Below are positions 36,587 to 47,333 of a stretch of DNA of 64,000 nucleotides, piece after piece. Position 1 is the first letter of the stretch. Each line of letters opens with the position of its first letter. A model generated the notes under the pieces. It saw only the letters and a list, made by a program, of their open reading frames with translations. It did no database searches and had not been told where the DNA came from. The position numbers and the translations under genes were made by a program. This DNA comes from Flavobacteriaceae bacterium (lineage in GTDB: Bacteria; Bacteroidota; Bacteroidia; Flavobacteriales; Flavobacteriaceae): assembly GCA_947461425.1 (NCBI GenBank), contig CANHKZ010000001.1, forward strand, positions 1,346-65,345, written 5' to 3'.

Positions 36587-38857
36587 ATGCAAACCATCTC
36601 AGAAGCAGCAGCTTACACCTTACGATTTATTAATCAAACACAACGATCCGTTTTTCTTACCGGAAAAGCCGGAACGGGAAAAACCACCTTGCTTCGTGAA
36701 ATCATTGAAACCACCCATAAAAATACCGTGGTGGTTGCGCCAACAGGAATTGCGGCCTTGAATGCGGGTGGAGTTACGATTCACTCCATGTTTCAACTGC
36801 CTTTTGGAGGATTTATTCCGGATAATTCGGCACCCGATTTTTCTGAAAGCACCAAGTTTGAAACCAAAGCGACACTTCGACGCCATTTCAAAATGAGCGG
36901 TTTGAAGAAATCGGTAATTCGAAATATGGAGTTATTGATTATTGACGAGGTGAGTATGCTCCGTGCTGACTTGCTAGACGCTATGGATTTTATGATGCAA
37001 ACAGTTCGAAAAAACAACAGTCCATTTGGCGGTGTTCAGGTTTTGTTTATTGGGGATTTATTACAATTGCCTCCCGTAATTCGCGATGACGAATGGCATA
37101 TTCTCAAGAAGCATTACAAAGGAAAATTCTTTTTCCATTCGCAGGTGGTGCAACAAAATCCGCCACTTTATATTGAGTTGGATACCATCTTCCGCCAGAC
37201 GGACGATGCGTTTATTTCGGTTTTGAACAACTTACGCAACAATCAAATTTCAAAAGACGATATTGCAGCCTTAAATCAATACGTTCAACCTAATTTTGAT
37301 TTGAAAGCCAATAACGGGTATATTACTTTAACCACACATAATGCCAAAGCCGATTTTATGAATGCCGAAGCATTGGAATCTTTAGGGGCTAAAGAATGGT
37401 TGTATCCGCCAGAAATAACGGGAGATTTTCCGGATAAAATTTACCCAGTTGACGAAGTCTTGCGTTTGAAAGAAGGGGCGCAAATCATGTTTGTTAAAAA
37501 CGATTTGTCTTTTGATAAAAAATACTTCAATGGAAAAATGGGCGTAGTGAAATCACTTTCTGCTAAAGAAATTCTAGTGCATTTTCCCGAAGAAAATAAA
37601 ACCATAGAAGTTGAAAAATATGAGTGGCAAAACATTCGCTACAAAGTAAACGATACGACCAAAGAGATTGAAGAAGAAGTTTTAGGCACCTTTGTACATT
37701 ATCCCGTCAAACTGGCTTGGGCTATTACTGTTCATAAGAGCCAGGGCTTAACGTTTGATAAAGCCGCACTCGACGTGTCCCAAGTTTTTCTTCCCGGACA
37801 AGCCTATGTGGCATTGTCCCGTTTGCGCGCCTTAAAAGGGCTTATTTTGCTTTCTCCGCTGCAAATGAATGGTATTTCAAACGATCAGGATGTAATGGAC
37901 TATTCTTTGAACAAAGCTTCTGAAACACATTTGGAAAATGCCCTACACTTTGAAACCAAAAATTTTATTCATCAGTACTTGGTTCAATCCTTTGATTGGG
38001 CTGAATTGGCTCAAGAATGGCGCAACCATCAATTTAGTTATAACGAAAAATCTGAACTGTCTTCTAAAGCCAAATATTCCTTCTGGGCCAAAGAACAAAC
38101 CGAACGAATAGAAAAAGTGGTCGATCCGGCTAAAAAATTCATTCAGCAATTAAACGTACTTTTTAGTCAAGAAACAGTCGATTTGAATCATATTTTGGAC
38201 CGAATGCAAGCGGCGTTCAACTACTTTTTTAACCCAATGGACGAATTGGTTTTTGAGATTTTATGGAAACTAGAAGAAGTCAAGCGACTTAAAAAAGCCA
38301 AGGCGTATTTTGACGAATTAGTGCTTTTAGAAGAACTTCAAACGAAAGCCGTTTTGCGTTTAATGAAAGCCAAACTCTTGATAGAAACAGTTGTGGCAGG
38401 AGAAACTATTTCGAAAGAAAAGTTGACTTCACCAGAAATAAAAAACTACGTCAGCAGAAAAGTAGCTGCAATTCAAGCGACATTCAAAAAAGTAAATGCG
38501 AACTTGATTGACGACGAATTAGACGAAGAACGCTATCTTCCTAAAAAGAAATCCAAATCTCCCACCAAGAAAACTACGGTAGAAGAAACCTACGATTTGT
38601 GGAAACAAAACAATTCAGTTACAGAGATTGCGGCTATACGGGTACTAACCAAACAAACGATCTATGGTCATTTTGTCAAATTAATTCAATCCGAAAAAGT
38701 AGCTATTGAAGATATTATTCCTTCGGATACATTAGACAAACTTGCCGCTGCATTTGAAAGCTATAAAGAGGAGTCGTTAAATGCTTTAATGGAAAAACAC
38801 GGCGACAAATTCAGTTGGGAAGAAGCACGAATGTTCAAAGCAAGTCTGAATATCTAG
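36587..38857 (+). CDS. PIF1/RecD-like SF1B helicase with C-terminal helix-turn-helix
   Basis: GKAGTGKT, IIDEVSM, GDLLQLPP, AITVHKSQG and GQAYVALSR motifs; start at MQTIS. Confidence 0.9.
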   Translation: MQTISEAAAYTLRFINQTQRSVFLTGKAGTGKTTLLREIIETTHKNTVVVAPTGIAALNAGGVTIHSMFQLPFGGFIPDNSAPDFSESTKFETKATLRRHFKMSGLKKSVIRNMELLIIDEVSMLRADLLDAMDFMMQTVRKNNSPFGGVQVLFIGDLLQLPPVIRDDEWHILKKHYKGKFFFHSQVVQQNPPLYIELDTIFRQTDDAFISVLNNLRNNQISKDDIAALNQYVQPNFDLKANNGYITLTTHNAKADFMNAEALESLGAKEWLYPPEITGDFPDKIYPVDEVLRLKEGAQIMFVKNDLSFDKKYFNGKMGVVKSLSAKEILVHFPEENKTIEVEKYEWQNIRYKVNDTTKEIEEEVLGTFVHYPVKLAWAITVHKSQGLTFDKAALDVSQVFLPGQAYVALSRLRALKGLILLSPLQMNGISNDQDVMDYSLNKASETHLENALHFETKNFIHQYLVQSFDWAELAQEWRNHQFSYNEKSELSSKAKYSFWAKEQTERIEKVVDPAKKFIQQLNVLFSQETVDLNHILDRMQAAFNYFFNPMDELVFEILWKLEEVKRLKKAKAYFDELVLLEELQTKAVLRLMKAKLLIETVVAGETISKEKLTSPEIKNYVSRKVAAIQATFKKVNANLIDDELDEERYLPKKKSKSPTKKTTVEETYDLWKQNNSVTEIAAIRVLTKQTIYGHFVKLIQSEKVAIEDIIPSDTLDKLAAAFESYKEESLNALMEKHGDKFSWEEARMFKASLNI

Positions 38858-38862
38858 AAAAT

Positions 38863-38888
38863 AAAAAAACCGCCTCGAAAGGCGGTTT
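38863..38888. terminator. bidirectional terminator
   Basis: aaaccgcc-tcgaaa-ggcggttt. Confidence 0.8.
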
Positions 38889-38893
38889 GTGTT

Positions 38894-39829
38894 TTATAAA
38901 GATTCAATTAAAATCCATGCTTCAGGATTTTCTTTTGCTCTGATTTCGTTTTTCAATTTTTCAGCTTCAGCATAAGTAGTAAAGCTTCCATAAAGTACTG
39001 GATACAATCCGTGTTTATTTCGCTCAATTCGTTTTGCTTTGTATCCTTTTTCGCTTAAATCTTCATAAATGCGTTGTGCATTATCCTCATCTCTAAACGC
39101 TCCCGCCATAATGTGATATGGTAATTTGCCTTCTTTAACCGTAAGGGTTACGGCCGGAATAGGACTTTCGATGAAGAAAGTAGCCTCTTGTATTTTGTTT
39201 TGCACTTGTCTTTGAACAGCCGATTCCACAATAATATTTTGAGTAGCAATCTCGTTTTGTAAAATAGGGTAACCTATAGCAGCAGTTAACCCTAATCCTA
39301 AAACGAAAATAGCAGCATACTTTAGGAAAGTATATTTGTTATTGTGCTCTGGAACTAACTGGATTGTTGCCGTTTCTTCTATAGATTCCAAATGTTGTTC
39401 GAAAATTTCTCTTTTTACCATTGGAGAAACAAAAGGACTCAAACCAAACGAACTACTTAAGTAATTACTTTGTTCGTAAGGATTGAAAATTAAATTTCTA
39501 TCAGCATTTAAGTAAAAATCACCGATGTTTTTGATAGAAAAAACGCCTGTTTCCTGCAAGGTTTTTTTCCAATTGAACACTTCATATTGAATAGCGCTAA
39601 CAGCATATTCGTAAGATGTTTTTTCAGCCTGTGCAATATGATTGGCTAATAATCCGTCGTTATTTTTTATATAAGTATTGAAAGAAATTAATTTCTTTGG
39701 AGGAAAAAATGTGTTGGAATTATCCACCAACCGTGCAGATTGAATTTCTGTTAAAAAAGCACCAAAACCAGGAACAGTTACACATTGGTAACGGTATAAA
39801 AGCTGCGCGATATAAGTTTCGATTTTCAT
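38894..39829 (-). CDS. SPOR domain protein with N-terminal HU-like (CCDC81-type) domains
   Basis: CVTVPGFGAF and NNDGLLA N-terminus, one TM, C-terminal YHIMAGAF...AWIL SPOR pattern. Confidence 0.85.
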   Translation of the reverse strand: MKIETYIAQLLYRYQCVTVPGFGAFLTEIQSARLVDNSNTFFPPKKLISFNTYIKNNDGLLANHIAQAEKTSYEYAVSAIQYEVFNWKKTLQETGVFSIKNIGDFYLNADRNLIFNPYEQSNYLSSSFGLSPFVSPMVKREIFEQHLESIEETATIQLVPEHNNKYTFLKYAAIFVLGLGLTAAIGYPILQNEIATQNIIVESAVQRQVQNKIQEATFFIESPIPAVTLTVKEGKLPYHIMAGAFRDEDNAQRIYEDLSEKGYKAKRIERNKHGLYPVLYGSFTTYAEAEKLKNEIRAKENPEAWILIESL

Positions 39830-40047
39830 AGTAACAAAGTTATACAACGAAAATAGTTATCAAAACTTTATTCACAATTTTTATTAACAATCTGATTTAT
39901 TTTTCCATTACATTTCATTTCAACAAGTTAATAATCTACGACCCGATAGTAAAAAACTAAAAACTAAATTTCTACAGCGAATTTTTATTCAAAAAGGAAA
40001 TTCCTTTAAGACTTTATAACTACATTTAGACTCCAAATTTACCCCCA

Positions 40048-41148
40048 ATGAATGACCAAGAATTATTTTATTTACTTGCCTTACAAAGCGTAGAAGGTGT
40101 AGGCGATATTATTGCTAAAAAACTATTAACCCAATTAGGCAATGCCGAAGCGGTTTTCAAAGCAAAACCAACTCAATTAGCATCGATAGACGGAGTAGGA
40201 AATATTCTTTTGAAGAACTTCAAAGACCTCTCGGTTTTCACGAAAGCAGAAAATGAATTGCAATTTATCACTTCTAATCTCATTTCCGTCACTAGTTTTC
40301 AAGATCTCGATTACCCTGAACGATTGAAACATTGTTTTGATAGTCCGCTTTTGCTGTTTAGTTCCGGAAATATTAATTTGAAAAATAGAAAAACAATTAG
40401 CATCGTCGGGACACGTCAAATTACTTCTTACGGATTGGAATTTTGCCGTAAATTCATCGAGGAAATAGCACCGTTAAATCCAGTTATTGTCAGCGGTTTT
40501 GCCTATGGGGTGGATATTGTGGCGCATCAATTGGCTATGGAAAACCACCTCCAAACTATTGGTGTCGTGGCGCATGGATTGAACCAAATTTACCCAAAAG
40601 CCCACAAAAAACACGTTGCTCGAATGGAGGAAAATGGAGGTTTTATGACCGAATTTTGGAGTTCGTCTAACCCGGATAAAGAGAATTTTGTTCGAAGAAA
40701 TAGGATTGTGGCAGGAATAACCGAGGCTACGATTGTCATCGAATCGGCAGAGCGCGGAGGGAGTTTAATAACTGCCAACATGGCCAATGATTACAACAGA
40801 GACGTGTTTGCAGTCCCGGGAAGGGTGACGGACAAGTACAGCCAGGGCTGTAATACACTGATTAAAACTCAAAAAGCGAATGTGCTTACAAGTGCTGCAG
40901 ATTTGATCTATATGCTAAATTGGGATTTGGATAAAACAGTAAAATCCGTTCAAAAGCAGTTGTTTGTAACCTTAGATGAGGACGAACAAAAAATCTATGA
41001 TTTTCTTTTAAAAACCGGCAAAGAAATACTTGATATTATTGCGCTAGAATGTGACTTTCCTATTTATAAAATTTCAGGAATTTTATTGAATATGGAATTG
41101 AAAGGCGTGATTAGACCTTTGCCAGGTAAGTTATTTGAGGCAATATAA
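40048..41148 (+). CDS. dprA: DNA-processing protein DprA
   Basis: SIVGTR, VSGFAYGVDIVAH, FVRRNRIVAG and GGSLITA motifs. Confidence 0.95.
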   Translation: MNDQELFYLLALQSVEGVGDIIAKKLLTQLGNAEAVFKAKPTQLASIDGVGNILLKNFKDLSVFTKAENELQFITSNLISVTSFQDLDYPERLKHCFDSPLLLFSSGNINLKNRKTISIVGTRQITSYGLEFCRKFIEEIAPLNPVIVSGFAYGVDIVAHQLAMENHLQTIGVVAHGLNQIYPKAHKKHVARMEENGGFMTEFWSSSNPDKENFVRRNRIVAGITEATIVIESAERGGSLITANMANDYNRDVFAVPGRVTDKYSQGCNTLIKTQKANVLTSAADLIYMLNWDLDKTVKSVQKQLFVTLDEDEQKIYDFLLKTGKEILDIIALECDFPIYKISGILLNMELKGVIRPLPGKLFEAI

Positions 41149-41186
41149 TCTACGATTTGCGAAATTGGATTTACGATAAGAATTTG

Positions 41187-42167
41187 TTAACTCAACTTTT
41201 CGAAACCTAACTTTGCTCTCACTTTTGCTAAAACACCATTCGCTAAAGCGCTTGCTTTATGAGCGCCTTTTCGAAGCAATTCATCCACTTCATTTAGATT
41301 GTTCATGTAGTAATTGTATTGCGTTCTTTCGGTTTTGAATTTTTCTACAATTAATTCAAACAAAGCTTGTTTGGCATGACCGTAGCCATAATTTCCACCT
41401 AAATAATTGACCTTCATGGCTGCAATTTCACTTTCAGAAGCCAAGAGTTTGTATATACCAAAGGTGTTGCAAGTATCTGGATTTTTAGGATCTTCTAGTG
41501 GCGTACTGTCCGTTTCTATGCTCATGATTTGTTTGCGCAATGCTTTGTCATCCAAGAAAATGTCGATTACATTATTAGCCGATTTACTCATTTTTTCACC
41601 ATTAGTTCCAGGAATAAGCATGCTATCTTTTTGAATTTTGGCCTCAGGAATAACAAAAGTTTCACCCATTTGGTGGTTGAAACGAGAAGCGACATCACGC
41701 GTGATTTCCAAGTGTTGCAATTGGTCTTTTCCAACAGGTACAAACTCCGCATCATACAACAAAATATCTGCAGCCATTAACATAGGATACGAAAACAAAC
41801 CTGCGTTAACATCGTCTAAACGATCCGATTTGTCTTTGAAAGAGTGCGCTAAAGTCAGTCTTTGGAAAGGGAAAAAACAACTCAAATACCAAGACAATTC
41901 TGCTGTTTGAGGCACATCCGATTGTCTATAAAATACTACTTTATCTACATTTAGGCCACAAGCTAACCAAGCAGCAGCGGTGCTATACGTATTGGCACGT
42001 AAGGTTTCGCCATTTTTTATTTGGGTAACCGAATGTAAATCAGCAATAAAAAGAAAGGATTCATTTGCTGGATTATTAGACAATTCAATTGCGGGAATGA
42101 TCGCACCTAATAGGTTTCCTAAATGCGGAGTTCCTGTACTTTGAACTCCTGTAAGTATTTTTGCCAT
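41187..42167 (-). CDS. trpS: tryptophan--tRNA ligase
   Basis: HLGN, VPVGKDQLQHLE and KMSKS motifs; start at MAKIL. Confidence 0.96.
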   Translation of the reverse strand: MAKILTGVQSTGTPHLGNLLGAIIPAIELSNNPANESFLFIADLHSVTQIKNGETLRANTYSTAAAWLACGLNVDKVVFYRQSDVPQTAELSWYLSCFFPFQRLTLAHSFKDKSDRLDDVNAGLFSYPMLMAADILLYDAEFVPVGKDQLQHLEITRDVASRFNHQMGETFVIPEAKIQKDSMLIPGTNGEKMSKSANNVIDIFLDDKALRKQIMSIETDSTPLEDPKNPDTCNTFGIYKLLASESEIAAMKVNYLGGNYGYGHAKQALFELIVEKFKTERTQYNYYMNNLNEVDELLRKGAHKASALANGVLAKVRAKLGFEKLS

Positions 42168-42303
42168 GGTTGTTTTTCTTGTGTGCAAATTTCGCAAAGT
42201 TTGCGGCATTTTCACTCGCTTTTCGTTCTTTTTTTTAAATATACGGTATGATGATAAAGATTATTAGCTAGAATTAAAGATAAAATGCTAAGTAAATAAA
42301 AAC

Positions 42304-42331
42304 AAAAAGGCCTAATTACATAGACCTTTTT
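42304..42331 (-). terminator. probable terminator after the M1 peptidase gene
   Basis: aaaaaggccta...tagaccttttt imperfect stem with T-tracts. Confidence 0.55.
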
Positions 42332-42349
42332 GATTGTAGTGCGAATCAA

Positions 42350-44221
42350 CTATTTCGCTATATAACTATTGTTTTCCGGCTTTACATCTGCCATTAGACC
42401 GCTTGGGTCAAGGGTAATTTTTTTAATGCTTGCTTTTGGTTTGGCAATGCTAAACTCATAAGTAGGATAGGCCCAAGCCCAATCGTTTAAAACCGTTCTT
42501 TTGATTGCTGGCGTTGGGTTTTCTTTCTCAAAACTCATCATGCGTAGCGGAATGTAAAAACTTTCCAAAGTGCCGTCGGTATATTCTACCAAAACGTCCA
42601 TTGGCATTGGCATTTTACCTAATCGCTCAAGCGTTACGGCAGTAGTTCCAGCAGTATCTTTTACGTCTTTAATGCCGTAATCGATCGTATTAGCCGTTTG
42701 TGTCCAATCTAACAAATACCAATCTAAATTAGCATCTGTAATACGTTCTGCTGAACGTTTTACATCGTTAGGTGTAGGGTGTTTGAATTTGAAATCAGCG
42801 TAGTATTTTTTCAACGTTTTTAGCAAATTTTCTTTCCCAATCAAATAGATCAATTGTGTTAAAAACAATTCGCCTTTGCTATACGAAGTGATGCTATATA
42901 CGCGGTTTTCGTCAAAACGATCAGCATGTGTTCCTTGAGGTTGCTCTTTTCCGGAATTAGCTAACCAATTGTACCCTTTGTAAGCGCCACTGTATGGATT
43001 TTCTACTTTTTTATCGGCAGTTTCATTTAAACCATAATCTTCTAAAAACGAAGTAAATCCTTCGTCCATCCAGCCGTGTTTGGATTCGTTAGACGCCAAT
43101 ACATGTTGGAACCAAGAATGCGCCATTTCGTGAGCTGTAACGCCTAGTAATCCATCCCAATCTCCTTGACCTAAAATCAAAGTACACATGGCATATTCCA
43201 TTCCGCCATCACCACCTTGAATTACAGAATATTGTTTGTACGGATAATTTCCAACGGTTTTGTTGTACACCTCCATCAACTGAACTGTTTTTGGTTGTAA
43301 GTTTTTCCAGTTTTGAATGTACTTTGGATTGTTTTTATATAAGAAGTGAATGTCTACATCATTAGGTCCTTTTGCTATGTCGTGAATGTATTCTTTGTCG
43401 GCCGCCCAAGTAAAATCGTGAACCATAGGCGCTACAAAATGCCAAGTAAGCGTTTTGTTTTTCTTTGGATGAACCACGGTAATTCCCGCATCTTGATAAC
43501 CGTGACCAATTTCATTTTTGTTTTGCAAATAACCAGAACCGCCTAAAATATAGTTGGAATCAATACTTATTTTTATATCAAAATTTCCCCAAACACCGTG
43601 AAATTCTCTTGCAATATAGGGATCAGCGTGCCAACCTTCAAAGTCAAATTCGGCTAATTTTGGGTACCATTGTGCCATTGATAATTCCACCCCTTCAGCA
43701 TTGTTTCTTCCTGAACGACGAATTTGAATCGGCACCTGACCGTCAAAATCCAAGCTGAAAGTAGTTTTAGAATTGGGTAAAATTGGCTTTGCCAAAGTCA
43801 CTTCTAAAACCGTTCCCACTTCTTTTGCCAAAGCTGTTTGTCCATCTTGTTTGAAATTAGCAACATGTAAATACCCAATTTCATTTGGCTTCAAGGTTTT
43901 GATTCGGCTTTCTTTTACCTCGGTTTCGCCCACTTTTATTTTGTGAACCATTCTTCCGTCTGGATCTTTAATGCTTTGGATTCTCGCATCCATTTCGCTT
44001 CCAGGTTGAAAGGCGTTGTTGAATAAATGATAATATACTTTTCGTAAAGTATCAGGCGAATTGTTGGTGTATACCAATTCTTGTTTTCCTTTGTATTGAT
44101 AGGATTTTACATCCATCTGGACTTCCATTTTATAATCGGCATGTTGTTGCCAATAGGAAGTGTTTTGTGACATTCCCGCAAATCCAAAAGAAAAAGCTGC
44201 GATAAAAAAGAGGTTTTTCAT
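42350..44221 (-). CDS. M1 family zinc aminopeptidase
   Basis: GGMEY, HEMAH-x18-E and YSKG motifs; signal peptide. Confidence 0.92.
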   Translation of the reverse strand: MKNLFFIAAFSFGFAGMSQNTSYWQQHADYKMEVQMDVKSYQYKGKQELVYTNNSPDTLRKVYYHLFNNAFQPGSEMDARIQSIKDPDGRMVHKIKVGETEVKESRIKTLKPNEIGYLHVANFKQDGQTALAKEVGTVLEVTLAKPILPNSKTTFSLDFDGQVPIQIRRSGRNNAEGVELSMAQWYPKLAEFDFEGWHADPYIAREFHGVWGNFDIKISIDSNYILGGSGYLQNKNEIGHGYQDAGITVVHPKKNKTLTWHFVAPMVHDFTWAADKEYIHDIAKGPNDVDIHFLYKNNPKYIQNWKNLQPKTVQLMEVYNKTVGNYPYKQYSVIQGGDGGMEYAMCTLILGQGDWDGLLGVTAHEMAHSWFQHVLASNESKHGWMDEGFTSFLEDYGLNETADKKVENPYSGAYKGYNWLANSGKEQPQGTHADRFDENRVYSITSYSKGELFLTQLIYLIGKENLLKTLKKYYADFKFKHPTPNDVKRSAERITDANLDWYLLDWTQTANTIDYGIKDVKDTAGTTAVTLERLGKMPMPMDVLVEYTDGTLESFYIPLRMMSFEKENPTPAIKRTVLNDWAWAYPTYEFSIAKPKASIKKITLDPSGLMADVKPENNSYIAK

Positions 44222-44231
44222 GGTTTATAAT

Positions 44232-44255
44232 AAAAAAGGAAGGGCAAGCCCTTCC
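44232..44255 (-). terminator. intrinsic terminator after the S8 peptidase gene
   Basis: ggaagggc/gcccttcc stem with a T-tract on the minus strand. Confidence 0.7.
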
Positions 44256-44275
44256 AAGTTAGTATTCTTTTTAAA

Positions 44276-45856
44276 TTATTTTTTTGACATTTTTTCAGCC
44301 ATTTGTAATGCATTGTATGCATTTACAATTTTTCCGGATTTAGAAAGTGCAGAAAACGGACGTGAATCCGTAGCTTTTCCACCTACAATTACACTGTTAT
44401 CCAATGTCACACCAGAATCCATTAAAATATGTTTCACTTGCTTAGCAGTTAATTTTGGATAGTAGGAGCGAATTAAAGCAGCCACTCCTGCCACGTTTGG
44501 AGATGCCATCGAGGTTCCTTGTAAAAAGCTGTAGGTGTTTTTTGGAGTAGTAGCGTAAATTTTAACTCCTGGAGCAAAAACATCTACGTTGATTTTTCCA
44601 ATGTTCGAAAAACGAGCTACTACTTTTTCTCCGTTTTCAAAGTTTAAAGCACCAATTGTAATGAAATTATCCGCAAATTCAGTTACTTTATCATCTGAGT
44701 CATTAGGGAAATTATCGTTATAGTCAATGTCTTTCGCATCATTACCAGCAGCGTGAACTATCAAAACATCTTTCTTTTCAGCATATTTAATAGCATCATA
44801 CACCCATTGTTTTTGAGGGGAAAAGGCTTTTCCAAAACTTCCATTAATAACTTTTGCACCATTATCTACTGCATAACGAATACCCAAAGCAACATCTTTG
44901 TCGTACTCGTCTCCATCGGGCACTGCACGAACAGTTAAAATTTGAACATTGTTTGCAATTCCGTCTCCGCCTAAATTGTTATTTCGTACTTGAGCAACAA
45001 TTCCAGCAACGTGAGTTCCATGACGCGCTTCATCCTTGTCTGGACCAATAACATTGTTATTTCCATATTTAGTATTGCTAATATCGTTTGGATTATCCCC
45101 TACTACTTTTCGATAATCGGTTTTAAGATTATCGCCGTTCAATAAGCCAATAAATCCATCCAATTGTTTTTGAACAGCTTCTTTCAATTCTGAAATTGGC
45201 ATTCCATAAGACAACATTTTTTGCATAGCTGCTTTGCTTTTTTGTAGCGCAGCATCTGTTGAACTAATTGCGTTTACTTCATTAAGGGTGTAGGTATTTT
45301 TCCCGAAGTGCTTGCTTAAAGTAGCATCACCCTCGGCGATAGTAGCTAACATTTGTTCTAAACGAGCTTTCCCTTGAGCCGCTTCGGCTACCTTTTTATC
45401 ATTCATGGCTTTAGCGGTCAAATACGTTTTCTCGTCTACCAACGATTTGTCTTTAACAATACGTTCGTATTCCGAGTTTTCTTTAGTGATGTCTCCTAGG
45501 AAATTCCAACCGTGAATATCATCGATATATCCGTTTTTGTCATCGTCAATTCCGTTACCAGGGATCTCTTTTTTATTGGTCCACACCACTGATTTCAAAT
45601 CCTCGTGTTCAATATCTACTCCTGAATCTACAATTCCTACAATAACCGGAACCCCTTTTTTGCCTTGTAATAATTCAGCATAAGCTTTGTCCACGCTCAT
45701 TCCAGGAATGGTGTCTTTGACCAAATCCAAATGACTCCAACGATTTAACTCCGTTTCTGTTAGTTTTGCTCTTTTAGTTATTGTTTGTGCTTTTGCCGAA
45801 AGCGACAAAACAGCTACCACCACAAGCGATAATGGGTATACATTTATTTTTTTCAT
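44276..45856 (-). CDS. S8 (subtilisin-like) serine peptidase
   Basis: Catalytic triad motifs VDSG, HGTHVAG and GTSMASP. Confidence 0.95.
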   Translation of the reverse strand: MKKINVYPLSLVVVAVLSLSAKAQTITKRAKLTETELNRWSHLDLVKDTIPGMSVDKAYAELLQGKKGVPVIVGIVDSGVDIEHEDLKSVVWTNKKEIPGNGIDDDKNGYIDDIHGWNFLGDITKENSEYERIVKDKSLVDEKTYLTAKAMNDKKVAEAAQGKARLEQMLATIAEGDATLSKHFGKNTYTLNEVNAISSTDAALQKSKAAMQKMLSYGMPISELKEAVQKQLDGFIGLLNGDNLKTDYRKVVGDNPNDISNTKYGNNNVIGPDKDEARHGTHVAGIVAQVRNNNLGGDGIANNVQILTVRAVPDGDEYDKDVALGIRYAVDNGAKVINGSFGKAFSPQKQWVYDAIKYAEKKDVLIVHAAGNDAKDIDYNDNFPNDSDDKVTEFADNFITIGALNFENGEKVVARFSNIGKINVDVFAPGVKIYATTPKNTYSFLQGTSMASPNVAGVAALIRSYYPKLTAKQVKHILMDSGVTLDNSVIVGGKATDSRPFSALSKSGKIVNAYNALQMAEKMSKK

Positions 45857-45922
45857 CCGTTTGGTTTTTAATAATTATTCAAAAATACTTTTATTTTGGG
45901 AAAGTAATCGCAACGATTAATT

Positions 45923-46783
45923 TTATTTTACTATTTCATTAGCAGAAAAAACTTCTTTTAATCGAACGCCTTTTTCTGTTTTTTCTACGGTGATAATTTC
46001 ATTGTGTGCATCGTGTTCTAAAAACAAATAGTAATTGTTTTCTGCTGCCGTGTTCATGAATTTGGTTTTTTCGGGCATGGTTAATAGCGGACGCGTATCG
46101 TAGCCCATAACATAAGGAATAGGAATGTGACCGGCTGTTGCCAATAAATCAGCACAAAAAACGATCGTTTTGTCGCGGTATTGAATGTGGGGAATCATCT
46201 GTTTTTCTGTATGACCATCTACAAATAGAATTCCAAAACCCAATTCTGACTTCGATAAGAAATCATTTTCAGGCCTTTGAATAAAACGTAGTTGTCCACT
46301 TTCCTCCATTGGTAAAATATTTTCTTTTAAGAACGAGGCTTTTTCTCTAACATTCGGTTCGGTAGCCCATTGCCAATGGTTTTCGTTGGTCCAATATATT
46401 GCATTTTTAAAAGCAGTTTCATAGCCAGTTCTTTCTTTGTTCCATTGGACACTTCCGCCACAATGATCAAAATGCAAATGCGTCATAAACACATCGGTAA
46501 TATCATCGCGATGAAAACCGTATTTAGCCAATGACGCATCCAAAGAATGACTTCCCCAAAGGGAATAATATCCAAAAAACTTATCTGATTGTTTATTGCC
46601 CATTCCGGTATCAATCAAAATCAACCGACTTTGGTCTTCAATTAATAAACAACGTGCTGCAATATCTATTAAATTATTCTCATCCGCAGGGTTGGTTCTG
46701 TTCCAAAGGGTTTTTGGCACCACGCCAAACATAGCTCCGCCATCCAGTTTAAAATTTCCGCTTTCTATTGGGTATAAATTCAT
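45923..46783 (-). CDS. MBL-fold metallo-hydrolase
   Basis: LDGGAMFGVVPK, THLHFDHCGG and GHT motifs. Confidence 0.9.
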   Translation of the reverse strand: MNLYPIESGNFKLDGGAMFGVVPKTLWNRTNPADENNLIDIAARCLLIEDQSRLILIDTGMGNKQSDKFFGYYSLWGSHSLDASLAKYGFHRDDITDVFMTHLHFDHCGGSVQWNKERTGYETAFKNAIYWTNENHWQWATEPNVREKASFLKENILPMEESGQLRFIQRPENDFLSKSELGFGILFVDGHTEKQMIPHIQYRDKTIVFCADLLATAGHIPIPYVMGYDTRPLLTMPEKTKFMNTAAENNYYLFLEHDAHNEIITVEKTEKGVRLKEVFSANEIVK

Positions 46784-46909
46784 CTTGTATTTGATTAAAA
46801 TCGTTGCAAATTACTAATTAGTTTAATTCTAATTTTTAAAATCGATTTTTTCTATGCCCACATTAGATATAAAAATCTTGTTACGCATGGCAATTCTTTG
46901 AAAAGGTAG

Positions 46910-46943
46910 TATATTTGTTCTTTATTTAGAAAAAATAAAAATA
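46910..46943 (+). promoter_or_regulatory. suf promoter -7 element plus palindromic operator
   Basis: TATATTTG (46910-46917), then TATTTAGA-N5-TAAAAATA (46923-46943). Confidence 0.55.
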
Positions 46944-46957
46944 ACAAATTTTTGCAC

Positions 46958-47287
46958 ATGATAAAAGTTTCAGATACTGCCAGTAAAAAGATAGTCAATA
47001 TGATGCAAGAAGAAGGCTTTGATGCTAGCCAAGATTACGTTCGTGTGGGCGTAAAAAGCGGTGGTTGTTCGGGCTTGTCTTATGAATTGAAATTTGACAA
47101 AGAACTATCCGAGAACGACAAGGTTTTTGAAGATAATAATGTAAAAATTGCCGTGGAGAAAAAATCATTTTTGTACTTAGCAGGAACGGTTTTAGAATTT
47201 TCAGGCGGTTTAAACGGAAAAGGATTTGTATTCAACAATCCCAACGCAAGTAGAACTTGTGGATGTGGGGAATCTTTTTCTTTATAA
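46958..47287 (+). CDS. sufA: A-type Fe-S carrier (HesB/IscA/SufA)
   Basis: GGCSGLSY and CGCGESF motifs; first gene of the suf cluster. Confidence 0.9.
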   Translation: MIKVSDTASKKIVNMMQEEGFDASQDYVRVGVKSGGCSGLSYELKFDKELSENDKVFEDNNVKIAVEKKSFLYLAGTVLEFSGGLNGKGFVFNNPNASRTCGCGESFSL

Positions 47288-47319
47288 AACCCTCAAAGGT
47301 TCCAACCTTTATTAGGGTT
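47288..47319. repeat. REP-like hairpin
   Basis: aaccct-caaaggtt-cc-aaccttt-attagggtt. Confidence 0.45.
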
Positions 47320-47333
47320 AAACGATAAAAATT

